Assembly (NCBI RefSeq): GCF_009914755.1
Contig: NC_060937.1
Reading direction: 5' to 3' (one strand)
DNA: 64,000 nt
From: the human T2T-CHM13v2.0 reference genome, Homo sapiens
Below are positions 35,483 to 50,225 of this stretch, in pieces. The notes beneath the pieces were generated by a model that searched no databases, was not told the DNA's origin, and saw only the letters and a list, made by a program, of their open reading frames with translations. The stretch's first letter is position 1. Every line of letters starts with the position of its first letter. A program made the position numbers and the translations under genes.

Positions 35483-36257
35483 TAGAAGGAGACGTCAGAT
35501 TAAAGGTGGTGAAATTTACCTTGAGCTTTAACCCTGCTCTTCCCCCAACTCAAGAACGTTTAACTATTGAAGGTGGCAGGGAATTAGGGTAATAGCCAAA
35601 ATTCACAAATGGATCAAAGGAATATTTTTTGCCAGTAGAGAAACTTTGGTGTTTTCAAAGGCAAATACATCTTTCTGTATTCATTCTTAATTCCCATGAA
35701 AAGGTGTGTTCCTTGGGATAATTCTAACACTATGTTGAGACTGCAAGTCCATGTGATAGGATGGTATCAGGTTCTGAGCGTCCACAGGGAGAAAACAAGG
35801 AATTTCCTAACTAAAAATATAAAATCAGATCTGGTTCTCTCTCTCTGGAAATTTAGCAGAACCCACTCATTTTTAAAGGCAGGTATTGTTGCAGCCCCAT
35901 TGTTTACCCATTGCTCAAATGCAGAGAGCCACATTCCAGGGATGTCTTACAATGGGCACATGGGGACTTGAAGTCGTTGGCTGACTCACTTTCTTCAGTG
36001 CACAGCTCTGAGTTCTCATTCGTATAAGGACTATGGTCTTTGGAAGTTGATTTTGGTTTCAGCCCAGGCCAAGTCCCTTTGTGCCTTATCTGAAGGGTAT
36101 TTTTGGCTCCAGGGTGGTTGTTGGCAGACAGTGAAGCAAATACAACTCAAAGCTCTCATCTCTGTCGAATCACTGCCATAACAGGTAAAATGAACTAAGG
36201 AGGCAGTGGGCAAAGCAGATGTTTACAAAGTGAGGGCTAATGCTTGAATAAACATAA

Positions 36258-36626
<369 letters not shown>

Positions 36627-37857
36627 TGATAGGGTAGGGTTAGGGAATTCAACCTCACTGCTTAATGCCCCACCTTAGGAATGTCTGCAGCTGCTGATGC
36701 TAGTGTGTGTGTGTGCCTGTGTGTGTGTGTCACATGGGATGGACTGGTGGAGAGATGTTCTCATCAGCCCTGTCTACACGAGAGCCCTGCCAAACAGCTG
36801 AAATTTAATTTCCATCCCTTCCCATGAGTCCCTTCTGCTACAGCAGCCTTCTCTTTCCAAACAGACACTGAACTATGATGGAGTTTTCTTAAGGACAGTC
36901 AGGCAGATCTCAAAAGAACAGCCAGTCAGTGCAGGAAGAACAAATGTGTAATTCCGCCCTTGAAGACGCAGGCATCCAAAAGGAAAGGTATCTCCATGGA
37001 TGTTTATCTCTCCTTCTGATCTTTTTCATGCCCTCTACTGCCTCTCTTCTCAAGAGACTCCCCTCTGCCTCCCTCTGGGAGAAGTTCTGCCACCTCAGAC
37101 CCACCTGGTGTCTGCAAACCCCAGAGATTCAAGCCTCAGGCCCTCACTGATGGTGGCCCTTCTCTGCTCAAGGTGGACCCGTTCCTGTCAGTCAGGACAA
37201 CAGTTGGTGAACCAAGTATGGTTTGGTCTCTCCATCAACACTGTCTGATTTCTTTACTATTTTATCCAACTTGGTGAGAGTTGTAGTCTAGGGTCCATCA
37301 GCCTTCTGAGAAGACTAAAATTCTCTTTCTCCTCAAAAGGAAGGGGAGGGAAGAGGAGGGTTGCCACCCCACAAACTCCTAAAAGTGACCTACCTTCTTT
37401 TGCCCAGTTCAGCACTCACACCGATGCATGGGGGAGGGGTTTGGGGGCAGTAAAGCTCCCAAAATAGAGTTTCTCAGCAGGCCACGAGGAATTGGGGCCG
37501 GGCTGAACATAGAACCCTGGGTATTTAGATCCTTGTTTTCTCACTGTGGTCCTTGGATGATACCATCCTGTCACATGGACTTACAAAGTCTCAACATAGT
37601 GTTAAAATTATCCCAATCAGCACAACTTTTCATGGAAATTAAGAATAAATATAGAAAGATATACTTGCCTTTGAAAACATCCAAGTTTCTCCTTTGAGAA
37701 AAAAATATTCCTTTGATCGATTTGTGAATTTTGGCTATTATCCTAATTTCCTACCATCTTCAACAGATAAACATTTTTGAGTTGGGGGAAGAGTAGGGTT
37801 AAGGCTCGGGTAAATTCTACCAGCTTTATTCTGATGTCTCCTTCTACATCTATAAAG

Positions 37858-38050
37858 AGTATGGTATAATGAGAAGCATGTGGTCTTGTGAAGTAATAAA
37901 CCAGGGTTTGAATCCCACATCACCCACTAAGAAGGCATGACTTCATGTATGTTATTTGAACCTCTGAGTTTCAACTCCTTTGTTGGTAATTATTTTTTGT
38001 TTTTATTCTGAAGGACATAAACCTATTTCCTAGAGTGATTATAAAGACGA
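37858..38050. mobile_element. MIR
   Basis: 'gggtttgaatccc...gttatttgaacctctgagtttc'. Confidence 0.65.
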
Positions 38051-38055
38051 TGTGG

Positions 38056-38717
<662 letters not shown>

Positions 38718-39229
38718 CTAACATATATTCATTAGCTTCCTCTCCCACACCCTATCCTTCTATGCCATTCATTGCATTCCCTAAAACTACCTAATATAAG
38801 GTCACCATTAACATTCTTGTGGCCAGGTCCAGCAGCCTCTTCCTGACTCCTCTTCTCTGCATTAGTGTTGATAAGGCCACCTGTCTAAGAATGTTTCATC
38901 TTTGTCTTTCATGCTCTTACATTTTAGAGTCACAGAATAAGGCCAAGTACATATTACTCCCTGCTTTGCATTATTTTCTGTATCATATGTACCCCTGTAT
39001 TCTCAAGCTAACTATCCCAGCTACAGGGAAAATCAAGTCCAGGACAAACCATTGTCCAAACATACATCAAGCATCAATTAAGTGCTAGTAAAAAGGGACA
39101 CAAGGTCAAAGAGGACATGGTTCTTGCCATGAGGTAAGGAAGGCGGACAACCGCCCAACTGTATGACCAGAACTGGGATTGAAATGGATACAGTCACCAT
39201 AGAAGCAGAGAGGAGTGAGGGGAAGAGGG

Positions 39230-39880
39230 AGCGATATCTGGATCATTCTGGACATCATGGGAGACTTCCTTTTCGAGGTGATTGTTAGCTGAATCCTGAA
39301 GGATGAGTAGGAATTAGGTAAGTAATGAAGTAGTTGGAGGAGCCGGGTAGTCTGGTGGGTTCCAGGCTGAAGCACAAAGAGCTGGTGGCTATGGAGGATT
39401 CATGAGCAATGGGACTGAGGAACTAGATGAGCGTTTTTTCATAAGGCCTTGTGGGTTGACAAGAAGAGTCTGAACTTTATCTGAAAATTCTAGAAAACTT
39501 TGAGGAAACCCCTGTTGGTTTGACATGATCAGCTGTGTGCTTTATCCATGTGAGTCTAATATGGGGCAGAGACTGGAGGATGGTGAGGCTGAAGATGTCC
39601 ACTGCCTAGATGATTAGGCAGTTTTTGTGGAACTCAAGGAAAAAGGGATGAGAACTTGATGTAAGGCAGTAACAGAAGCAGTTGGGAACAGATACTAAAG
39701 ATATTAAGCTGACTGGTCAGACATGGGAGATGAAAGAGATAGAGAAACTAGAGATGACTCCCAAGTTTCTGTTTTGGATAACTACTTAGACAATAACTAA
39801 GGTTTGTAATGTAGGAGAAAAGGCAAGTTTTGGAATAAGAGACTGTGAATATGGTATTGGACTGCTAGGTCTGTTTACAA
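39230..39880. mobile_element. L2 fragments
   Basis: 'gctgaatcctgaaggatgagtaggaatt', 'gatgactcccaagtttctg'. Confidence 0.6.
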
Positions 39881-40459
39881 TGGCAAGTGTATGAAGACCA
39901 GCCCCTCCCTGTGGCCATAAAGATGGACCTATGCACTTTAACAGGAAATTGGCTGGGGGTCAGGTCTGACATCGAGGAAAATTGAGCATAATGAGATCAC
40001 CCCTGAAATTCCTTAATTCAGAGGTGAGTGGCAGCAGTACCTGCAGGCAGTGCGAAAATTCATTAAAGAATTGTTTTGGATCTGCTCCAGTGAACAGAAA
40101 CAAGTGACTGGGTGACATAGCAAAGCAACAATAATTTTAGCTTCATAAAAATGTTAGGTGTCAGACCGAATATAAGCAGATTTTTAACATCTTAAGTCAG
40201 CACTCATATAGTAAGAGCACTAAGCAACTCTGCTTTTCCCTACGGTGATTCCAGTCCCCTCTGGACTCATCTCTTTCCCATGAATTCCTAGGTGACTCAC
40301 TCGCTCTTCTTGATGGTCATTGGTGGTTTCCTGCCACCATCGTCTTTGTCTCTACCTCCGACTCCTTACTTGTTTCTTCTGCCCCACTCCCAGAGATCTC
40401 CTTTCTCTTCCTCTCACACAGCTGCCACAATAGCACCCTGACTGTAAAATGCACAGCTT

Positions 40460-40667
40460 CCAGGTGTGCTGGTAAACATTTAAAAGGTGGTGGGTAGGAT
40501 AGGCATGGGGAGCTGATTTGTAGCATTTGTCATTTTCTGTGGTGTAAATACTCCCAACTTGGCTGATTCTAAACTACCAAAACTACCAATGTGTTGTCAT
40601 TCACTTCCCCAAATTGCAACGGGAAAGCTCTCTTGAGCTTTTGCAAGCAAGTTCCAGCACACCACAG
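40460..40667. mobile_element. MER63-type hAT-Blackjack
   Basis: 'gtgtgctggtaaacatttaa...gtggtgtaaatactccc...ttccagcacaccac'. Confidence 0.7.
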
Positions 40668-41909
40668 CTTCTGAGACTGAGATGAGTCACATTTAATGTG
40701 GTGGTGTTCCTTCCCTTTCCCCAGAGGGACACCCTGGAATGATAGCGAGAGTCTGGCTTCCAGTGAAGAACACTTGACAAGGGAGAAAATCTGGACATTT
40801 CTGCCTTTGAGTTTTGCTTAGGCCAATCTTGCAATTCTCCCTCAATCCACGTGGTCACCATCTTCCCACCTAAAGAGCACTCACCTCCTTTGAGAAGCCT
40901 GTGCTTGTCCTGACCCCTCTGAGCACACTTTAAAGTTTATGAATTCATTCCTTCCTTTGCCATTTCCAGAAGGTCTTTGTATTTTGCACAAGGACTCTAG
41001 TTCTTTGTGCTGGCATCAATTAGAGACTGTTTGTTTTCTGTTTTCCCGGGTTAATGGTAAATGTTTTAAGGGTAAAGATCTTATCTTTACATAGCATTGA
41101 TTTTTGAACATTTGATTACTTGCTTATTTATTAAGCCTTTGCTCATTTGCCTTACCATAATCTTTTCTATACCTTCATGTTTGAATTGTTTTTATGGCTT
41201 AAGTATATACATATAATATGTATACATAATTATATAAAATATGTATATTCTCTTTTATACACTATGAAAACAATTCTTGGAAGCACATAAAATGTCTTTG
41301 CACAATAAAGAAATATTTTAATATTGATAATTCATAAATTATATTGCTAGGAAATTAAGTGAAAATTTGTTGGAGTGAGTCTCCAATGAACCAGTAAGTC
41401 TCCAATAAACCAGTTGGAAACTTACTCCATTACTGACTACCTTGCTATGTGAGACAAGTTATTCAGGCCTCAGTCCTCCAAGTATAAAACAAAGGTACTA
41501 AGAAAATGTTCAGGGTGTTGGAAACGCTCTGTCAGCCAAAAAAATGTAAAGCTCCTGAAATCTAATATAAAAGTACTCTATGAATATGATGTATTTGTCA
41601 GGCATAAGAATTTTCTAGAAAATAAAACATTTCATGACAGGGATCATTGTTTAAAGCTCAAGAATTCTTGGAACATCTACAGAATTAGGATTTGACAACC
41701 AGTTTTTCAAGAACTTGGTCCAATTTTTTCATACATCTGAAAGTCAGTCAACTGTAAGAACTCAAAATAGCAAGGAGTAAAGTGAGATACTGTAAATACA
41801 GATTAGTATCATTTATCCAAGCCATTGTGGGATTTTCTTTAGGTGAAAAAGCAAAACCTATGATAGAATGGCAGAGAACAAAAAAGGAAAGAGAAAAAAA
41901 CCCTAAATC

Positions 41910-41996
41910 CTTGTTCTGTTAGTAAACAAACATAGGTTTGAAAGTCCTAAAACAAGGAAGACTTTCAAACCTATGTTTGTTTATTAACAGAACAAG
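41910..41996. repeat. near-perfect inverted repeat (37-bp arms, 13-nt loop)
   Basis: cttgttctgttagtaaacaaacataggtttgaaagtc / gactttcaaacctatgtttgtttattaacagaacaag, 36/37 complementary. Confidence 0.95.
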
Positions 41997-42127
41997 TGTT
42001 GAGAAACTTGAGTGATGTGAAGGAAACTGGTTTCATACAAAAGTGTTTCTTTGTGAAAGAGTTTTCTGCAGTAGGCAGAGGTGAGAGAAAGAAGAGGAGA
42101 GGAAGCTTCTCCTTTGGTGTTTCAGAC

Positions 42128-43044
42128 CTAGGCCAATGATAAAAGTAGGAAAAGTCATCTTAGACAAAGATTCTCTCTCCTTTTTTTTTTTGGTTTTTGT
42201 TTGTTTGTGTTCTGTTTGTATATCTGTTTTTGATGTTAATATGAGCAATGTGTTTGACCAACAAGGCTAAGACCAATGATAGAACTAGGAAAAGTCATCT
42301 TAGGCAAAGATTCTCTCTCCTTTTTTTTTTTTTTTTTTTTTTTGGTTTTTGTTTGTTTGTATATCTTTTTTTTCTGACTTTTTTTCTCTTTTTATTATTA
42401 TTATTATTGTACTTTAAGTTTTAGGGTACATGTGCATAATGTGCAGGTTAGTTACATTTGTATACATGTGCCATGTTGGTGTGCTGCACCCATTAACTCA
42501 TCATTTAGCATTAGGTATATCTCCTAATGCTATCCCCCCCCTCTCCCCCCACCCCACAACAGTCCCCAGAGTTTTTGATGTTAATATGAGCAATGTGTTT
42601 GACCAACAAGGCTAAGACCAATGATATAACTAGGAAAAGTCATCTCAGACAAAGATCGTCTCTCCTTTTTTTTTTTTTTTTTTTTTTGGTTTTTGTTTGT
42701 TTGTGTTCTGTTTGTATATCTGTTTTTGATGTTAATATGAGCAATGTGTTTGACCAACAAGGCTAAGACCAATGATAGAACTAGGAAAAGTCATCTCAGA
42801 CAAAGATCGTCTCTCCTTTTTTTTTGGTTTTTGTTTGTTTGTGTTCTGTTTGTATATCTGTTTTTGATGTTAATATGAGCAATGTGTTTGACCAACAAGG
42901 CTAGGACCAATGATATAACTAAGAAAAGTCATCTTAGATAAAGATTCTCTCTCCTTTTTTGTTGTTTTTGGTTTGTTTGTTTTGGGTTTGTGTATCTGTT
43001 TTCGATGTAAATGTGAGCAATGTGTTTTGCCAACAAGTCTAGGA
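42128..43044. repeat. ~140-bp unit tandem repeat (5 copies, VNTR-like)
   Basis: units start ~42128, 42268, 42612, 42763, 42901; variable poly-T. Confidence 0.95.
42366..42571 (-). mobile_element. young L1PA (L1PA2-4-like) 3' end inserted in repeat unit 2
   Basis: 'actttaagttttagggtacatgtgca...cattaggtatatctcctaatgctatcc...ccccacaacagtccccagag'. Confidence 0.93.
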
Positions 43045-43152
43045 AGGGAGAGATTGGAGAATAGGGGGATAGCGAGTGTTTTAACTTCCCTTGAGGGAGA
43101 TGATTTCACCCAAGGACTGTATCTTAGTTTGTGCCACACAGGATGCTGTCCT

Positions 43153-43162
43153 GGGAATTTCC
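43153..43162 (+). promoter_or_regulatory. NF-kB consensus site
   Basis: GGGAATTTCC within quasi-palindrome cctgggaatttcccagg. Confidence 0.3.
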
Positions 43163-43423
43163 CAGGGGCCCAGAGCAGTATCAGCTGCAGCCCTGTGCCA
43201 TGTCCCCCAGTCACCTGGTACTGTCTCCTCTCTGCCACCTCCACCACGCTGGCCATGCTTTCAATCAGGCTAGAGCACTGCACTTGTGTGTCCAGGCTTA
43301 CAACCCTATAGGCTTCCTTAGGAAAATAGACTGAACCTGATTAGGGAAAAATCAGCTTTTCACCCACAGAAAGTGCCAGGTTTTGACTTTTGTTTTCACC
43401 AATACCTGGCACACAGTAAGAGT

Positions 43424-43737
43424 TTTATTTTATTTTTATTTATTTATTTTGAGACAGGGTCTCTCTCTGTTGCCCGGGCTGGAGTCCAGTGGCACAATCT
43501 TGACTCACTGCAGCCTCAACCTGCTGGGCACAAGTGATCCTCCCACCTCAGCCTCCTGAGTAGCTGGGACCACAGGAGCATGCCACCACACCCAGCTAAT
43601 TTTTAAGTTTTTTGTGGAGCACAGAGTCTTACTATATTGCTGCCCAGGTTGGTCTTGATCTCCTGGGCTTAAGCGATCCTCCCACTTCCGCCTCACAAAG
43701 TGCTAGGATTACAGGCATGAGCCAACATGCCCAGTCC
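43424..43737 (-). mobile_element. AluJ
   Basis: dimer. Confidence 0.92.
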
Positions 43738-44457
43738 AATAAATGTTTTATTAGCTTGAATTTGGAACTTTCCTACCATTGTAGAATGGCCCTTAGAATC
43801 CATAGTCAAGAGCATTATTTATTATTTACTATTTACATATCCCCTGTCTGGCAGGCACTGTGCTGGGCAGGAGGCACTGTGATGAAGAAGAAATTTTATA
43901 GTTTACATAACAAGGGGCAGAATGTGTTCTATGCTAAAGATAAACTTATTTTCCAATTAACATAATGACTAAAAATCATCTCACTAGAGGGGTTTAAACT
44001 ATAAATTCCTTCCATGTCATATTGTATGACACCCCTCTAACAAACGCTTCCAGCCCTTTCTTCTTTCACACCCTTCTTGCTCAACATCCTCTCTCCTTCT
44101 TGGCTTCTAGGTGTTAAAAGCAGTAAAATAGAGCTTTTTCCCTGAAATAAAAAATTATTTTTTTAAACTTAGAGAAACTGAGAAAATGAAAAGGCTGTAA
44201 AAGGGAAGACTCATGTATACAGAATGAGCTCTTATCATTCATTCATAGATACATATTGGATATATTCTACATTGATAAGCATTGGACTAGGGTTGAGATA
44301 GACCTTTTCTCATGGAATTTTCATTGTAATCTCTGTCTATAAAATCTGTGTCTATAGAGATAAACACAAAAACAAGTGTAGAAACACATATATAATCTGA
44401 CAGCTTTTCATGGGTGCCTTAAAGGAAATAAGCAGTGCTATATGATAGACAATCATG

Positions 44458-45005
<548 letters not shown>

Positions 45006-45029
45006 AATGGTGGGTAGAGGAATTGGGCT

Positions 45030-45545
45030 ACCTTTTATGTAGAGGGTGGGTGATACCCTTTCTATGGAGATAATATTTAAACAGACCCCAAGGTTTGAGA
45101 AGAGAGGAGTAAAAGTGTTTCAGACAAAAGGATCCCTAAGTGCAAAGTCATTAAGGCAGGTAGCCTCAAGGGTCTTCTAGCACTTGTCAGCAGGTGAGAG
45201 TAGCCGATGATGGGGATGAAAGCCAGATGAGGTCTGGATCAGGGAACATGGGGCTTTGTGGGTCAAGGTCATGCATTTAGGTGTTTAGTTAAGAGAAATG
45301 GAAAGCCCTTTAAGGGGTTGAAGCAGGTAGGGGTGTGTGTGACATGATTTGCTTTATAAGTTAAGAGGCTCACTCTGGTTACCAAGTAGGAGATGAATTT
45401 TAAGGTGACAAGGGCAAGCATGGAAGCCATTGCAGTATCTCAGTTGTGAGATGATGTCCCGCAGACTTGCATGGAGATGGCGCTGAAGATGGTAAAGAGG
45501 AGACAGATTTGAGATACACTATGGAAGGTGAACTTGCAGGAGACT
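45030..45545. mobile_element. L2 fragment
   Basis: 'gagaaatggaaagcccttt...gacatgatttg', 'gacagatttgagatac'. Confidence 0.6.
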
Positions 45546-45565
45546 TGGCTGCAACTTGCAATCAT

Positions 45566-45727
45566 TATTAGATGGGGTCTTGCTATGTTGACCAACCTGG
45601 AGTACAGTGACTATTCACAGACTTGATCATAGCACACTATAGCCTTGAACTGCTGGGCTCAAGCAATCCTCCTATCTTAGCCTCCTGAGGAGCTGGGACT
45701 AGAGGCACTCAACCCACTGCACCTGGC
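45566..45727 (-). mobile_element. FAM/FLAM Alu monomer
   Basis: 'cagtgactattcacag...atcatagcacactatagccttgaact' 7SL-like. Confidence 0.8.
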
Positions 45728-45735
45728 TAATTACG

Positions 45736-46008
45736 TTTGTTGTTGTTGTTGTTGTTGTTGTTGTTTTTTGAGACAGAGTCTCATTCTCTCACCCACGATG
45801 GAGTGCAGTGGTACGATCTCAGCTCACTGCAACCTCCACTTCCTGGGTTCAAGCGATTCTCATGCCTCAGACTCCTGAGCAGCTGAAATTACATGCGTGC
45901 ACCACCATGCCCGGCTAATTTTTTGTATTTTTAGTAGAGACGGGGTTTTGCCATGTTGGCCAGGCTGGTCTTGAATTCCTGACCTCAAATGATCTGCCTG
46001 CGTTGGCC
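45736..46008 (-). mobile_element. AluS, 5' end missing
   Basis: (TTG)n tail, ends at gttggcc. Confidence 0.92.
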
Positions 46009-46392
46009 TTAATTACTATTATTTTTAAGACAGAAAGATGTTACACTCAAGAACAGAATGGACTGCCTTTTGTGGCATGAATGTAAGTCTTTCCTACAGG
46101 TCCTTCCCCACTGTATGAAGTGAGGCTCTGAGTCAGGGGCCCTAACCAAGAGAAACTGTGGTCACTGAAAAGTCTTGGATTCACCTCAGAGCTCACCTTC
46201 TCTCTGTGCCATCATACAGCTAACTACCTCTTGATTAGATGCATGGGGGAGGCGGCTGACATAGTTCCAGCTTGGTTTGCTTGATGATGGCTTGTAGAAC
46301 GCGAGCCCAGAGGAAGGAGCTTGACTGGTTTGGGAACAGAGAGTTTCTTTCTAGTCCTCTGCTGACCTTCTGCCTACTTGGCTCCAAACTGA

Positions 46393-46956
<564 letters not shown>

Positions 46957-47519
46957 TTATGGTTTGTATTGACTGGAGGATTTGGATTCAGACTAAAAGA
47001 CAACTTCAAATGAATGGCTGTGTTTTGAGAGCACATTGCTTTGTGAATGCTTTCAAGCTTTTTCTATTTTAACTTCCTCTGAAATCCAAGAGGATAATGT
47101 TTTTACCAAAAATATTTACAAGGAAATGGGAAATTTAAATGATCCCCAAAGGAAACCAATTTTTAAAAACCCTTAAAGCCCTATTATTAGGCAAACAAAG
47201 ATTATACAGAGATCCTTCTCCTGCTGCAAGTCTCAAGGACTTCTTCAGGGCAGCAGTGAAACCTGTCAGGCAGCTATGGAAAAGGCTTTGGATCTCTGCG
47301 TGTGCACAGAAGGGCACGGAGGGGAATCTCATCTTCTTAAGATCTTCATCCTTAATATAAGTTTCTGAATTCTTTGCTCTATAAACCAAAAATTTAATCA
47401 GAATGTGTGTGGGAGGGGAGAGTGTCTCCTACATCCAGGCATATGAGATGATCTGAAAACCATGGGCAATATTTACCCATACAGACCATTGTGATGAAGC
47501 CATTCTCTAAGTTAATAGA

Positions 47520-47768
47520 TTCTCTCCTTCCTTCCTTCCTTCCTTCCTTCCTTCCTCCCTCCCTCTCTCCCTTTTTTCTTTCTCTCTCCCTTTTTCATTC
47601 TTTCTCTTTCCTTCCCTGTCCTCCTCCCTCCTGCCCTCCCTCTCTTCCTTTCTCTCTCTTTCTCTCCCTTCCTCCCTTCTTTCCTTCTTTCCATCTCTTT
47701 CTGTTTTTTCATTCTTAAATTTTTCTCTTTCCTAACTTCCTTCCCTCTCTCCTTTCTTCTTTCTTCCT
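47520..47768. repeat. (TTCC)n/CT-rich polypyrimidine tract
   Basis: directly visible. Confidence 0.92.
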
Positions 47769-48169
47769 GACTTCCATGGCCATTTACTGAGCCCTTGCTT
47801 AGGAGCTGGCGATACAGACAAATAAGTCGGGGCAGCCATTGCCCTTGGGGAGCTCTTCCCACAGACAAACAATGGGAGTGTGTTGGGGTAGACACCCCCC
47901 GAACCTAGGGATCCGGTGGTGGGAGAAGGGTGCAATCCAAGAAGGAAAGTTGATGTTTGAATTGAATATTAAAAGCTAAACAAAAGCTTAGTTCCAAAGG
48001 GAACTAAGACACTGTAGTCCCAAACAATGAAACTGGCTTGAGTCAAGGATATGGATACACTTCATATTCTTCAGAAAATTGTCAATGATGATTGTATCTT
48101 GACATCACACTTTAAAACATGCAGGGAGAATTTCCTGACAAGATTCTGAAGTATAGACACTCTGTCTTA

Positions 48170-48485
<316 letters not shown>

Positions 48486-48554
48486 GAGAGATTGAGCATA
48501 TGTTTGATAATCAATGAACAGTCCATTTTAAAAGTTAGACAGGACATATTCCTG

Positions 48555-48785
48555 AAGCCAGCCTTTCAGGGTTCAAATTCTTTTTCTTCCATTTTATAGT
48601 GATTAAGAAGTCTGGGACAAGCAACTTAACATTTCTTGGCTTTGATTTTCTCACCTGAAAAATGGTGATAATTACATTACCTGCCATAGGGTTGTGAGGT
48701 TAGAATGAGTGAATGCGTGTAAAGTGATTAGAAGCATGCCTAGCACATAGTTAGCACTCAGTGTTTAGTCGCTATTCTTTTTTAT
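48555..48785. mobile_element. MIR
   Basis: 'gggttcaaattc...ttctcacctgaaaaatggtgataa...catagggttgtgagg'. Confidence 0.8.
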
Positions 48786-49003
48786 TATCATGTCCTCACA
48801 GAGAATCTTTATAGGCAGGGCCAAGATGTTACTCAAACTGTTTTGGGTCCACTTCAAGAAACCTAGAAAAATTGATGATCTAAGTCACAAAGTTCTGTTA
48901 TAGATCATATCCACAATTATTTACATGAGAACATTTGCAAAACCTGGATTTACCAACTGCAGTCATTAAGAAAAAAAATCTATACATAAAAATGTCTGAT
49001 TTT

Positions 49004-49313
49004 AGGCCAGGTGTGGTGGTTCACGCCTGTAATCCCAGCACTTTGGGAGGTGGAGGAAGGTGGATTGCTTGAGGTCAGGAGTTCAAGACGAGCCTGGCCA
49101 ACATGGTGAAACCCCATCTCTACTAAAAATACAAAAATTAGCTGGGCATGGTGGTGGCGCATGCCTGTAATTCCAGCTATTCAGGAGGTTGAGACACAAA
49201 AATTGCTTGAACCTGGGAAACGGAGGTTGCAGTGAGCCAAGATTGCACCATTGCACTCCAGCCTGAGTGACAGAACGAGACTGTCTCAAAAAAAATAAAT
49301 AAATAAATATAAA
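49004..49313 (+). mobile_element. AluS
   Basis: dimer. Confidence 0.95.
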
Positions 49314-49539
49314 AGAAGTCTAATTTTAGAAAGTTCAACTTCCTGATAACTGCTCTAAGACAGAGTGGTTGCAACATGGACCCTAGGTAACTCAATGATG
49401 TGATCAGCGCTATAGAATATTGGCTGATGTTGGTCACAAAAGTATTTTGGTTTAGAGTGTGATCTTGTGTCATCTTTCTGACAATAATTAAATAACTGAA
49501 TCAATTGTTGAGGCCTCCATGAGTATGTGACAGGTATCG

Positions 49540-49685
49540 GTAGAGCCATGTGACCTTGAGTAAATTGCTTAATCTCTCTGCACCTCAGTGTCCTGTAGGA
49601 GAGCTGTTCTGGGGTATCAAAGAGCACAACACACATCAGGTATTTAGTGTAGTGTCAGGCACATCATACAAGTTCATTAGAGCTT
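49540..49685. mobile_element. MIR fragment
   Basis: 'tgtgaccttgagtaaattgcttaatctctctgcacctcagt'. Confidence 0.75.
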
Positions 49686-49687
49686 AG

Positions 49688-49960
49688 TGTATTAGTTAAG
49701 AATTGAATTTACTTGCAGATATAGAAAACACAGGTAACAGTGGCTTAAAGATCTGGGCTTTTTCTGTCACCAAACAAGAAGTGTGAAGGTTGGTGACCCT
49801 GAGCTGGACCAGAGACCTAAACAAGCAGATGGATGCAAGGTCTCTGTGACTCTCTGGGCCTTTCTCTCATGTCTGGTCACAAAAGGGCTGCCGCCGCCAT
49901 TGCATCCATGCTTGCTGCTTTAGGCAGGAACATACAAATCTGAGGTCTGTTCATTTTAAC
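49688..49960 (-). mobile_element. old MLT1 (J/K-like) LTR fragment
   Basis: 'tgtattagttaag...aacagtggcttaaa...ggtcacaaaagggctgcc'. Confidence 0.55.
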
Positions 49961-50029
49961 AGAAAATTGGAAAGAATTGGTATGGAAGTGTTAGCTACAG
50001 TTAGCTAGAAGTTATACAGCAGTTGATCA

Positions 50030-50225
50030 ACCTAGATCTTCATAATAGCCCTGGAGGTAGGAATGGGAGGTATTATTTCTATTTTACAGATGTAGAAACA
50101 TTGGCCAGAGAGGTGAAGAAATTTTCACAATGCCATACAAGTAGTCAGTAAGTGGCAGACACAAATTTCTAACTCAGTCCTTGTTCAAGCTATTAGTTCC
50201 TAACTCTTAACAGTGCACCAAGCTG
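50030..50225. mobile_element. MIR
   Basis: 'ctggaggtagg...ctattttacagatgtagaaac...cagagaggtgaag'. Confidence 0.75.

Noticed and set aside
37054-37205. Possible plus-strand exon after a pyrimidine tract
   Set aside because: Weak donor and an unrecognisable peptide; indistinguishable from chance
42128-43044. Tandem array as a CRISPR array or C/D snoRNA cluster (gaccaatgat resembles a box C start)
   Set aside because: No unique spacers or cas genes, eukaryotic context, no RTGATGA box C and no CTGA box D in the unit
45465-45487. CTCF-like atggagatggcgctg
   Set aside because: Left half of the core (CCA) is missing and the site lies in an L2 fragment
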